33,461 bases of DNA from an uncultured Clostridia bacterium (lineage in GTDB: Bacteria; Acidobacteriota; Aminicenantia; JdFR-78), in contig CAZWBN010000001.1 in the NCBI GenBank assembly GCA_964632095.1, positions 1-33,461 on the forward strand, read 5' to 3'. A program made the position numbers and the translations under genes. This document shows, in pieces, positions 1 through 8,937 of the stretch; position 1 is the first letter of the stretch; every line of letters starts with the position of its first letter. The notes under the pieces were generated by a model. It was not told the origin of the DNA and made no database searches. It was given only the letters and a program-made list of their open reading frames with translations.

Positions 1-553
1 TTCCACCATCTGTGGTTTTATACACTCCTCTTTCCTCATTGGAATTCCATAAATGACCGAGAACTCCAACATATACAATTTTTGAATTTTTTGGATGAAT
101 TACAATTTCGCTAATTCTCTCTGAATTTTTAAAACCCATAAATTTCCATGTCTTTCCACCATCTGTTGTTTTATAAAGTCCAGTTCCAACTGAAGTGCTG
201 TTTCGAACCCATGTCTCTCCAGTCCCAACCCACACAGTATCAGGATTGTTCTGGTCAATGGTAATGCACCCAATTGACATTGTATATTTCTCAAATACTG
301 GTTTAAAGGTTACTCCACCATCTGTAGACTTCCATACTCCTCCGCCTGCACTTCCAACATATATGATTCTCGGGTCTTTATTCACACAATCTATATCAGT
401 TATTCTTCCACTCATAACTGCCGGTCCAATACTCCTTGGCTTTAGATTTCCAAATATTGCTGAATTAATCTTTATACCTTTTTCTGCATGAGAAAATGAG
501 TAAAAAAGAAGGAAAATAAATATAAATAAGAATAGTTTTTTAAAATTTTTCAC
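1..553 (-). CDS. Secreted BNR/Asp-box repeat protein (sortilin/VPS10- or Ycf48-like beta-propeller), N-terminal part; C-terminus lies outside the window
   Basis: My own minus-strand translation starts at GTG (551-553), preceded by AAGGAGG with a 5-nt spacer and an in-frame TAA. It gives MKNFKKLFLFIFIFLLFYSFSHA (signal peptide), then repeated Asp-box motifs: WKSTDGGVTF, YKTTDGGKTW, YKTTDGG. The ORF runs off the window edge. The + strand ORF 195-491 is its antisense shadow. Confidence 0.75.
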   Translation of the reverse strand, partial: MKNFKKLFLFIFIFLLFYSFSHAEKGIKINSAIFGNLKPRSIGPAVMSGRITDIDCVNKDPRIIYVGSAGGGVWKSTDGGVTFKPVFEKYTMSIGCITIDQNNPDTVWVGTGETWVRNSTSVGTGLYKTTDGGKTWKFMGFKNSERISEIVIHPKNSKIVYVGVLGHLWNSNEERGVYKTTDGG

Positions 554-588
554 AGGAACCTCCTTTTATGAAATTTATTTCAATTGAA

Positions 589-1122
589 TTATTTTATTTT
601 CTCGCACGGAATCCAGACTTCTGCACGCAATTTTTCTGGCTTGGTGGTGGCAGGATTATCAAAATATCTCTCCATTGTTGGACCGGCTATTCTGTAATTG
701 TTTTTCTTCATCCATTCAAAAATTTTAGGATAAATCTCTGCTATTTTCTCATAGGGACCGATATGAGTTGCTGAAACAACCATTGTGAAATTCCACACCT
801 TTAATTCAAGGGGTGGTCTAATTGAAACTCCTTTTGCAACTGGAAATCCTATTTCCCATTTCAGTTCCTCTGGCTTAACATTTTCCGGGCTATTATAGTA
901 AATTCCTATCATTGGACCTGCTGGAATTATACTCTGAATCTGAATCTCGCTCATCAGTTTTTGAATTATATTCTGAATTTCTGTAAAAGGTCCTTGATGA
1001 GATATTGCACAATAAGTAAAGGGGACAATCTCTTTGACAGAAATTTCCTCTTCTTTTTCACTGAATGAGTAAATAGAGAAAATGAAAATAATACTGATAA
1101 ATAATACTAAACTCCTTTTCAT
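589..1122 (-). CDS. Secreted/lipoprotein-like GyrI-like (AraC effector-binding / SOUL-type) small-molecule-binding domain protein
   Basis: N-terminal hydrophobic signal MKRSLVLFISIIFIFSIYSF. The rest shows the typical GyrI-like duplicated pattern (HQGPFTEI...GPMIGIYYNSP...WEIGFPV and HIGPYEKI...GPTMERYFDNP...AEVWIP). Confidence 0.6.
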   Translation of the reverse strand: MKRSLVLFISIIFIFSIYSFSEKEEEISVKEIVPFTYCAISHQGPFTEIQNIIQKLMSEIQIQSIIPAGPMIGIYYNSPENVKPEELKWEIGFPVAKGVSIRPPLELKVWNFTMVVSATHIGPYEKIAEIYPKIFEWMKKNNYRIAGPTMERYFDNPATTKPEKLRAEVWIPCEKIK

Positions 1123-1236
1123 CTATTTCCTCCTCATTTAGGAATTACGATTGGAAAGGGAAAAAGTTTGAATCTCTCTTTTTTATACTCACTCTTTTTT
1201 CTTGCCTTTGTATCTCTGTGCTTTTGCGCCCTGTAT

Positions 1237-2922
1237 TTATTTCAACATAGGAATCTTAATTCCCTTTTCCTTTGCAGTTTTAATCGCTTCTTCGTATCCA
1301 GCATCTGCATGACGGGCTACGCCAAGTCCAGGGTCAACAGTTAATACTCTCTCGAGTTTCTTTTTGCTTTCCTCTGTTCCATCAGCAACAATCACCATTC
1401 CAGCATGAATTGAAAGCCCAATTCCAACTCCTCCACCATGATGCACAGAAACCCAGCTTGCACCTGATACAGCATTTAAAAGAGCATTGAGAATTGGCCA
1501 GTCAGCTATTGCATCAGAGCCATCCTTCATTCCCTCAGTCTCCCTGTTAGGAGAAGCAACAGAACCAGCATCAAGATGGTCACGGCCTATTACAATCGGA
1601 GCAGAAATTTTTCCCATTTTAACCAAATCGTTTATAACCACTCCAAATCTGTCTCTCTCTCCATATCCAAGCCAGCAAATTCTTGAAGGAAGACCCTGGA
1701 ATTTAACCTTTTTCTGGGCTTTTGTAATCCATCTTCTCAAAGTTTCGTCTTCGGGAAATTCCTTTAAAACAGCTTCATCTGTTACATATATATCCTTTGG
1801 GTCTCCTGATAATGCTGCCCAGCGGAATGGACCTTTTCCCAAGCAAAATAAAGGTCTTATGTATTCAGAGACAAAACCCGGAATATCAAATGCATTTTCA
1901 ACTCCTGCTTTTTGAGCCTGACCCCTTATATTGTTTCCGTAATCAAAGGTCCTGGCTCCCATTTTCTGGAGTTCGAGCATGGCTTCAACATGCATTGCCA
2001 TTGCATCATAAGCTCTCTTTATATATTCCTGAGGATTTTCCTTTCTGAGGCGTAATGCTTCCTCATAGGGAATACCATTTGGAACATATCCATTTAATTC
2101 ATCATGAGCAGATGTCTGGTCAGTTAAAACATCAGGAACAATTTTTCTCTTTACAAACTCTGGAACTATGTCTGCTGCATTTCCAAGAAGAGCAATTGAC
2201 AGTGCCTCCCCTTTTTCCTTTGCTTTAAAAGCAATATCCAGTGCTTCATCCAGGCTTTCAACCATCATATCCACATATCCGGTCTTGAGTCTGCGTTCAA
2301 TTCTTTCCCTGTCAACTTCTACAACAATAGCAACTCCTTCATTCATTGTAATTGCTAAGGGTTGAGCTCCTCCCATTCCTCCCAAGCCTGCGGTAAGGAC
2401 CAGTTTGCCTTTTAATGTTCCACCAAAATGCTTTTTTGCAACTGAAGCAAGTGTTTCATAAGTTCCTTGAAGAATTCCCTGAGTTCCAATGTATATCCAG
2501 CTTCCTGCTGTCATCTGCCCGTACATCGTGAGACCCAATCCTTCCAGACGGCGGAATTCATCCCATGTAGCCCATTTTGGAACTAAAAGGGCATTTGCTA
2601 TTAAAACGCGTGGTGCTTCTGGAGTTGTCTTAAACACAGCAACAGGTTTTCCGGATTGAACAACCAGTGTTTCATCATTTTTTAATTCCTTTAGGGCTTC
2701 AACTATTGCCCAGAAACATTCCCAGTTACGGGCTGCTTTTCCTGTCCCCCCATAAACAATTAATTCCTGCGGTTTCTCAGCTACTTCCGGGTCTAAATTA
2801 TTCATTAACATTCTCAAAGCACCTTCCTGAGCCCATCCTTTTGTGTTTAACTTTGTCCCTCGAGGAGCTCTTATTTCCTGGTATTTAAATTCCTTTTCTT
2901 TGTGTGAAACATGGTGAGACAT
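1237..2922 (-). CDS. hutU: Urocanate hydratase (urocanase)
   Basis: 561 aa, full-length urocanase pattern: [76 protein letters not shown]. Confidence 0.93.
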   Translation of the reverse strand: MSHHVSHKEKEFKYQEIRAPRGTKLNTKGWAQEGALRMLMNNLDPEVAEKPQELIVYGGTGKAARNWECFWAIVEALKELKNDETLVVQSGKPVAVFKTTPEAPRVLIANALLVPKWATWDEFRRLEGLGLTMYGQMTAGSWIYIGTQGILQGTYETLASVAKKHFGGTLKGKLVLTAGLGGMGGAQPLAITMNEGVAIVVEVDRERIERRLKTGYVDMMVESLDEALDIAFKAKEKGEALSIALLGNAADIVPEFVKRKIVPDVLTDQTSAHDELNGYVPNGIPYEEALRLRKENPQEYIKRAYDAMAMHVEAMLELQKMGARTFDYGNNIRGQAQKAGVENAFDIPGFVSEYIRPLFCLGKGPFRWAALSGDPKDIYVTDEAVLKEFPEDETLRRWITKAQKKVKFQGLPSRICWLGYGERDRFGVVINDLVKMGKISAPIVIGRDHLDAGSVASPNRETEGMKDGSDAIADWPILNALLNAVSGASWVSVHHGGGVGIGLSIHAGMVIVADGTEESKKKLERVLTVDPGLGVARHADAGYEEAIKTAKEKGIKIPMLK

Positions 2923-2934
2923 TTTACCCTCCTT

Positions 2935-3144
2935 TTATCCTTTTTTAACTAAAAAAACCAGTAAAATCCCCACACACATTGCCAGAAATCCCATCCATCT
3001 AAGAGAAGAACTTTTCATACTCAGGATCAAAGCCAGTCTCTTCTTCATCCATTGGGGAAAAAGAAAGTATGGTAAACCTTCAAGAACAAAGTAAATCCCG
3101 AGAATTAATAAATAGAAATCAAAGCTTGTTAAACTTATTTTCAT
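2935..3144 (-). CDS. Small membrane protein, DUF2065 (YjeT-like)
   Basis: 69 aa with two TM segments. VLEGLPYFLFPQWMKK resembles the VLEGL.P.L.P..WKK signature I recall from E. coli YjeT. Confidence 0.6.
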   Translation of the reverse strand: MKISLTSFDFYLLILGIYFVLEGLPYFLFPQWMKKRLALILSMKSSSLRWMGFLAMCVGILLVFLVKKG

Positions 3145-3193
3145 TTTCTATATCACTTTATCACAGACATTGAAATAAATCAAAAAGCTATTT

Positions 3194-4624
3194 TTAAAGA
3201 TAATCTACAAGTTTCTTTAGTCTTGATATGGTTTTCTCCTTTCCCATTACTTCGAGCACATCAAATAAAGGAGGACTTACTGGTTTACCGGTTACAGCCA
3301 TTCTTGTTGCATGGATAAAAAGAGCAGCCTTAACCCCCTCCTTCTCTGCTCGCCGACGGTAAATCCTTTCCACTTCATCAGCTTTAAAACTGTGGAGAGT
3401 CTCTAAATCCTTTATTAATTTTGGAAGTAAATCCTTCAATCTTTCATCTTTTAAAAACCTCTCAACTCCTTCAGGGTCATAGCTGAAATCATCTGTAAGA
3501 TAAGGACGACCACTGATTACAAAATCTTTTAAAGTTCGACATCTATCCTTTAATAAGTCAATTAAACTGAAAAACCATTCTTTTTCTTCATTCTCATACC
3601 TATCATTCCAGAGATTTTCTTTCTTTAAAAACTCTTTTACATAAGGCAACAGCTCTTCTGCACTCATTTTTGAAATCAGTCTGCTATTTAGCCAGTCTAA
3701 TTTTGCTAAGTCAAAAATCGGGCTGGATTTCTTAATTTGTTCAAGAGAAAACTTATCAATCATCTCCTCAATTGAATAAACTTCTTTTTCCTCACCGGGT
3801 GACCAGCTCAATTGAGCAAGAAAATTAAACATGGCAAGAGAAAGATAGCCTTCTTCCTTGAAATGAAGTATGGAAGTAACTCCATGTCTCTTACTTAACT
3901 TCTTTCTATCAGGTCCCAAAATCAATGCCAGATGAGCAAACCGGGGAATCGGTGCTCCAAGAGCTTTGTAGAGTAAAATCTGTTTTGGAGTATTGGAAAG
4001 ATGGTCATCTCCTCTTATTACATGGGTAATTCCTGTTTCATAATCATCCACAACAACTGATAAATGATAGGTTGGCATTCCATCTCTCCGAAGGAGCACA
4101 AAATCTTCAATATTCTCGTGTTCAAAAGTAATTTCTCCATGAATTAAATCATGAAAGGTAGTTTTTCCTTCAGGAACAAAAAATCTTATTGCTCTCTCTT
4201 TTCTTTCTTTTTCAAGAGCCTCTCTCTGTTCAGGTGTAAGGTTCAAACAATAGCGGTCATACTTCCAGTATTTTCCATTGCCAACTGCTTTTTTCTTCCT
4301 CTCCTGAATTTCCTCAGGAGTACAGTAGCAATAATAGGCTTTCCCTTCTCGAACTAATCTTTCTCCATATTCCTGATAAATTTTAATTCTTTTTGACTGA
4401 TAATAGGGTCCTTCATCCCAGTCAAGACCGAGCCATTTTAAACCTTCTAAAATACCTTTAGTCATTTCTTCTGAAGATCGGGCTAAATCAGTATCTTCAA
4501 TCCTCAAAATGAATTTTCCTTTATGTTTTCTTGCAAAAAGCCAGTTAAAAAGGGCTGTTCTTGCTCCTCCAACATGAAGATAGCCTGTTGGACTTGGAGC
4601 AAATCGAACTCTTATTTCTTTCAT
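3194..4624 (-). CDS. gltX: Glutamyl-tRNA synthetase
   Basis: RVRFAPSPTGYLHVGGARTALFNWLFAR (HIGH-type motif) and KLSKRHG (KMSKS-type motif). 476 aa, typical bacterial GluRS length. Confidence 0.95.
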   Translation of the reverse strand: MKEIRVRFAPSPTGYLHVGGARTALFNWLFARKHKGKFILRIEDTDLARSSEEMTKGILEGLKWLGLDWDEGPYYQSKRIKIYQEYGERLVREGKAYYCYCTPEEIQERKKKAVGNGKYWKYDRYCLNLTPEQREALEKERKERAIRFFVPEGKTTFHDLIHGEITFEHENIEDFVLLRRDGMPTYHLSVVVDDYETGITHVIRGDDHLSNTPKQILLYKALGAPIPRFAHLALILGPDRKKLSKRHGVTSILHFKEEGYLSLAMFNFLAQLSWSPGEEKEVYSIEEMIDKFSLEQIKKSSPIFDLAKLDWLNSRLISKMSAEELLPYVKEFLKKENLWNDRYENEEKEWFFSLIDLLKDRCRTLKDFVISGRPYLTDDFSYDPEGVERFLKDERLKDLLPKLIKDLETLHSFKADEVERIYRRRAEKEGVKAALFIHATRMAVTGKPVSPPLFDVLEVMGKEKTISRLKKLVDYL

Positions 4625-4697
4625 TTGAGGTTATTTTAAACCAATTTCTCCCTCTAATCAATTCAATAAAAGGTCTTTTTCAAAATCTTATTTTAAT

Positions 4698-4727
4698 TTG
4701 ACAATTCTTTGTTTTTTGGCTTAAAAT
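4698..4727 (+). promoter_or_regulatory. Candidate sigma70-type promoter for the ExbD/TolR-like gene
   Basis: TTGACA (4698-4703), 18-nt spacer, TAAAAT (4722-4727). AGGAGG at 4747-4752 lies 5 nt before the ATG at 4758. The AT-rich background makes chance matches likely. Confidence 0.4.
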
Positions 4728-4757
4728 ACATTGTTAAGCTAAAATAAGGAGGAAAAA

Positions 4758-5192
4758 ATGGCTGTGAGTGTAGGAGCAAGTAAAGTAAAATCAGAACCTA
4801 ATGTAGTTCCCCTCTGTGATGTCTTATTGGTATTATTAATAATCTTTATGGTTATTACTCCAATTGTTCAAAAAGGTATGGATGTCAAATTACCAGAAAC
4901 TACTGCGGATGCTTCTGGAGTACCAGCTGGATTAATTGTATTAACTTTGAAAAGTGACCTCTCTGTTATGATTAATCAAGAAGAAGTTCCACGCCACTTG
5001 TTAGCTCAAAGGCTGGAGAGTATTTATTCTACAAGACAGGATAAAACAGCTTTAATTCGCGCTGATGCAAGAGTTACATATGACAAGGTAATAGAATTGC
5101 TGGATATTGCAAGAGGCGCTGGTGTAGAAATAATTGGAATTATTCCTGAGCTATACGAAGAAGAGGAATCTTCTTCACAAGGGACTCTTTAA
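4758..5192 (+). CDS. ExbD/TolR-family biopolymer transport protein
   Basis: N-terminal EPNVVPLCDVLLVLLIIFMV single TM segment, followed by a periplasmic domain (IRADARVTYDKVIELLDIARGAG). Acidic C-terminal tail. The only + strand gene in the window. Confidence 0.85.
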   Translation: MAVSVGASKVKSEPNVVPLCDVLLVLLIIFMVITPIVQKGMDVKLPETTADASGVPAGLIVLTLKSDLSVMINQEEVPRHLLAQRLESIYSTRQDKTALIRADARVTYDKVIELLDIARGAGVEIIGIIPELYEEEESSSQGTL

Positions 5193-5200
5193 AAACTAAA

Positions 5201-6349
5201 TTATTTTAGACGACCGATTACTTCGCGAGAAATAACCAGTCTTTGAATTTCATTTGTCCCTTCATAAATCTGAAGTAATTTCGCATCCCTCATCAATTTT
5301 TCCATTGGAAAATCCTTCATATAACCATAGCCTCCAAAAATCTGCAATGCTTCAACAGTAACTCTCATTGCCACATCTGATGCATAAGCTTTTGCCATCG
5401 CAGCCTCTTTTGATGCTTTCATTCCTTTATCTATCAACCAAGCAGCATGCCATACTAAATGACGCGCTGCATTAATTTCTGTTGCCATATCTGCCAGTTT
5501 AAAAGCAATATGTTGAAAGCTTGCTATTGGTCTTCCAAATTGAATTCTTGTTTTTGCATACTCAACTGCATATTGAAGAGCTGCTTTTGCTACTCCCACT
5601 CCTCCTGCACCCACGCTTGGACGAGCTTTATCAAGAGTTTTCATTGCAATAATAAAACCCATTCCCTCTTTACCTAGTAAGTTTTCCTCTGGAACTTTGA
5701 CTTCTTCAAAGAAAATCTCAGCAGTATTTGAAGCCCTATGCCCCATTTTATCCTCGATTTTTCCAATTTTTATTCCAGGAGTATCAGCAGGAACTATAAA
5801 AGCTGATATTCCTCTTGCTCCTTTCTCTTTTGCAGTATTTGCAAACACAACCAATAATTTTGCAACCCCACCATTTGTAATAAAACATTTTGAGCCATTA
5901 ATTACATATTCGCTTCCCACTTTCTTCGCTGTTGTGCTAATGTTTCCAGCATCCGAACCTGCTTCTCTCTCTGTCAGACAAAATGCAGCCAGCATCATCT
6001 CTTTTGTGAAAGGAGTTAAAAACTTCTTTTTCTGTTCATCTGTCCCGAATAATATTATCGGGGTTAATGCAAGAGAATTAGCCATTATTGAAGTGAACAT
6101 TCCAGCGCAACCTGCGGCTAATTCTTCACTTACTATAACTGTATCCAGACTGGATAATCCACCTCCGCCGTATTCTTCTGGAATGGAAGAAGCCAGAAAT
6201 CCAACTTCAAAGGCTTTTTTTATAACATCCCATGGAAACTCTTCTCCTTTGTCATACTTTGCTGCAACTGGTTTCATCTCTTTCTCTGCAAATTCACGGG
6301 CCATTCTTTGAAGAGCTAATTGTTCTTCACTTAATTGAAAATCTATCAC
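5201..6349 (-). CDS. Acyl-CoA dehydrogenase (short/medium-chain, butyryl-CoA dehydrogenase-like)
   Basis: 382 aa with FCLTEREAGSDAG, FITNGG and C-terminal QIYEGTNEIQRLVISR, all classic ACAD signatures. Confidence 0.9.
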   Translation of the reverse strand: MIDFQLSEEQLALQRMAREFAEKEMKPVAAKYDKGEEFPWDVIKKAFEVGFLASSIPEEYGGGGLSSLDTVIVSEELAAGCAGMFTSIMANSLALTPIILFGTDEQKKKFLTPFTKEMMLAAFCLTEREAGSDAGNISTTAKKVGSEYVINGSKCFITNGGVAKLLVVFANTAKEKGARGISAFIVPADTPGIKIGKIEDKMGHRASNTAEIFFEEVKVPEENLLGKEGMGFIIAMKTLDKARPSVGAGGVGVAKAALQYAVEYAKTRIQFGRPIASFQHIAFKLADMATEINAARHLVWHAAWLIDKGMKASKEAAMAKAYASDVAMRVTVEALQIFGGYGYMKDFPMEKLMRDAKLLQIYEGTNEIQRLVISREVIGRLK

Positions 6350-6405
6350 TGCTTACCTCCTTTTAAAATTTTTATGAACTTTTATACTTTATTATTTATA
6401 AATTG

Positions 6406-8937
6406 TCAATTTTGAACAAAGATTTTCTCCCTTGTAATAAGGAATACTGGATTTTCAATTAAATAATATTTTCTTATTAATTCCTGAATTTTCAGAGGTT
6501 TTTCTTTTCTGTATATTACATAAAAATACACTTTATCCTCATCTATAATAATTTCTTCGATAAGATTATTCTCGGATTTAATTTTTTGAACTAATTTTTT
6601 ATGAACCTGATAATTACTCAATCCCTTCCACTTCCTTTCTTTCTTAACCCTATTAAGTGCTGAAATTACTTCTTCATTTATTTTTAATGAGTATAAAAAA
6701 CCTTTTATTGACTTAGCAAGTTTATTTTCAGGAGAAATTTCTTTTAAACTCAAAAACTGAATTCCTTGAGGAAGAAATTTATTTATTTCTTTTAAAAATT
6801 CCTCTTCCTCTAAAACATAATCCGTGTTGAACTCTAAGATTTCTCTTTTCCCTTCCATCCCAAGCGGTAAAGCAGGACAATAGGAAATAAGCATTTTTGG
6901 ATGAAATCCCTTTGAAAAGTTAACAGGAATATTCGCTCTTCTAAAACTTCTCTCAATTGTCCTTATCAAATCAAGGTGCGAAAGATATTTTGCTTTCCCT
7001 GACTTGGCATACTCGCATCTATATAATTTAGTCTCTTCCTGTTTTTTACCTATATAACCAATCTTCTTTATTTTAGGAGATTCTATATTTCTAATATAAA
7101 TCTTCTCACTCAGTTTAACTGGATAAACACACCCTTTACAGGAATTGCAATCATTACTCAGGCATGAAGGGGTTTGAACACCTTTTAATCCTCTCTCTAA
7201 TTCTTTGAGTAGATAATCCTTTTTAAAACCTGTTTCAATATGGTCCCAAGGTAAAACTGAATCCTCAGGAAACTGTGAAAGATAAATTTTATAATCAATT
7301 TTATTTTCCGAGAAAGCATCAAACCAGATTTGCTCGTTAAATAAATCTCTCCAGCTGTCAAATCGAGCACCCTTTCTCCACGCAGTTTCAATAACACGGT
7401 TTAATCTCCTATCTCCTCTCGAAATTATTGCCTCTACAATGCTCATCTCAACCGGGTGGTCTTTAAACCTGACCCATGGATATCTTTTTAAATTATTTTT
7501 TATATACCTAAATTTTTCCTCCAGAATCTCTTTATCCTCCATACCTAACCATTGAAAAGGAGTATGGGGTTTTGGAATAAAAGATGTTAAACTTAAATGT
7601 ATTTTTGGATAACCGTCAAGAATAGCCCATCCTACATTAAAGATTTTCTCAATTAAGGTAACGATTTCTTCCAAATCTTCCTGCTTTTCTGTTGGTAAAC
7701 CTATCATAAAATATAGCTTTAAGAGTCTCCATCCATAAGAAAATGCTTTTTCAGCTGCTAAAATAATTTCATCTTCAGTAAGATTTTTATTTATCACTCT
7801 TCTCAATCTTTCTGAACCAGCTTCAGGAGCAATTGTAAAACCTGTTTTTCTAACTTTTTTTATATTTTCAATAATATCTTCTGAAAGACCAGAGGGTCTG
7901 ATTGCTGAAAGGCTCAATGCAATTTTTTTACGCGAAATATTATCCATTAAAATTTTTATTGTGTCCTCTAAATACGGATAATCAGTGGGACTCAATGTAG
8001 TTAAAGAAATATTCTCAAAGCCTGTTTCACTTATACTCCGGATTGCACAATCTATCACTCTCTCGGGCATTCTTATTCTATAAGGAAGGTAAATACTTGC
8101 TGCCTGACAGAATCTACATCTTTGAGGACAACCTCGAGAAATCTCCAGGGTAATTCTATCGAAAACAGCTTCTATCAAAGGGACAACAACTTTATCAGGA
8201 AAGGAATATTTATCTAAATCTCTGATTACCCTTTTTCTTATTTTTTCAGGAAATGAATTTTTTGGTTTAACAGCAAGAAGAGGAAAATCTTTTTGCTCAT
8301 AGGATTCATAAAAACAGGGTATATAAACACCTCTTATTTCTGAAAGATGCTCCAGCATTTCAATTTTATTCTTAACTTTTCCCTTCAAGCTGTTGAATTT
8401 ATCCACAATTTCAAGAAATCCTTCCTCTCCATCTCCCAGAAAAAACAAATCAAAAAATTCTGCTAAAGGTTCCGGGTTAAAAACCGCTGGTCCGCCTGCA
8501 ATAATTAAGGGGTAATCTAAATCCCTTTCTGAAGATTTTAAGGGTATTTTTCCTAAATCCAGAATATTTAATACATTCGTATAATTTAATTCATAAAGGA
8601 GAGAAAAGCCTACAATATCGAATTCTTTTAGAGGTATGCGATTTTCTAAGGAAAAAAGTGGAATATTTCTCTCTCGCAATTCTCGTTCAAAATCAATCCA
8701 TGGTGAAAAAACCCTTTCAGCTAAAATATCTTCTCTTTTATTAAGAATTGAGTATAGAATCTTTAATCCAAGATAAGACATTCCGATTTCATAGGTATCG
8801 GGAAAAACAAGGGCAATTTTTGTTTTTACTTTCAGAGGGTCTTTTATAATAGCATTCCACTCTCCATTTAAATAACGAGATGGTCTCTCCACCTTTTTTA
8901 ATATCTTTTCTAAATCTTCAAATTTCATTTTACCCAT
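6406..8937 (-). CDS. B12-binding-like radical SAM protein (TIGR03960-type) fused to a C-terminal DUF2344 (TIGR03936-type) domain
   Basis: N-terminal KIALVFPDTYEIGMSYLGLKILY, then the radical SAM cluster motif GCPQRCRFCQAAS. The C-terminal ~230 aa begin YRCEYAKSGKAKYLSHLDLIRTIERSFRRANIPVNFSKGFHPK, typical of DUF2344. Start overlaps the rodA stop by 8 nt. Confidence 0.8.
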   Translation of the reverse strand: MGKMKFEDLEKILKKVERPSRYLNGEWNAIIKDPLKVKTKIALVFPDTYEIGMSYLGLKILYSILNKREDILAERVFSPWIDFERELRERNIPLFSLENRIPLKEFDIVGFSLLYELNYTNVLNILDLGKIPLKSSERDLDYPLIIAGGPAVFNPEPLAEFFDLFFLGDGEEGFLEIVDKFNSLKGKVKNKIEMLEHLSEIRGVYIPCFYESYEQKDFPLLAVKPKNSFPEKIRKRVIRDLDKYSFPDKVVVPLIEAVFDRITLEISRGCPQRCRFCQAASIYLPYRIRMPERVIDCAIRSISETGFENISLTTLSPTDYPYLEDTIKILMDNISRKKIALSLSAIRPSGLSEDIIENIKKVRKTGFTIAPEAGSERLRRVINKNLTEDEIILAAEKAFSYGWRLLKLYFMIGLPTEKQEDLEEIVTLIEKIFNVGWAILDGYPKIHLSLTSFIPKPHTPFQWLGMEDKEILEEKFRYIKNNLKRYPWVRFKDHPVEMSIVEAIISRGDRRLNRVIETAWRKGARFDSWRDLFNEQIWFDAFSENKIDYKIYLSQFPEDSVLPWDHIETGFKKDYLLKELERGLKGVQTPSCLSNDCNSCKGCVYPVKLSEKIYIRNIESPKIKKIGYIGKKQEETKLYRCEYAKSGKAKYLSHLDLIRTIERSFRRANIPVNFSKGFHPKMLISYCPALPLGMEGKREILEFNTDYVLEEEEFLKEINKFLPQGIQFLSLKEISPENKLAKSIKGFLYSLKINEEVISALNRVKKERKWKGLSNYQVHKKLVQKIKSENNLIEEIIIDEDKVYFYVIYRKEKPLKIQELIRKYYLIENPVFLITREKIFVQN

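Noticed and set aside
195-491. Plus-strand 98-aa ORF at the left edge.
   Set aside because: The opposite strand encodes a signal peptide plus repeated BNR/Asp-box motifs with a good RBS, so the plus-strand ORF is an antisense shadow.
5193-5200. Rho-independent terminators at the convergent exbD/acd junction and after operon ends (about 1123-1236, 3145-3193, 20706-20807, 28172-28285).
   Set aside because: Only short AT-only inverted repeats are present (for example CTAAA-TTAT-TTTAG and AAACTT-N11-AAGTTT). None has a GC-rich stem followed by a T-tract, so no terminator is called.
5697-6311. Long plus-strand ORFs lying antisense to well-supported minus-strand genes: 5697-6311 (204 aa), 13569-14033 (154 aa), 1487-1915 (142 aa), 27473-27850 (125 aa), 25434-25793, 11434-11793, 30613-30957 and others in the ORF track.
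   Set aside because: Each lies entirely inside a gene with unmistakable family motifs (ACAD, MreB, HutU, DsrE-like, HdrA, PBP2, MinD-type ATPase). Their translations are low-complexity and Ser/Phe/Ile/Leu-rich, typical of antisense frames in AT-rich DNA, and none has a recognisable motif or RBS.
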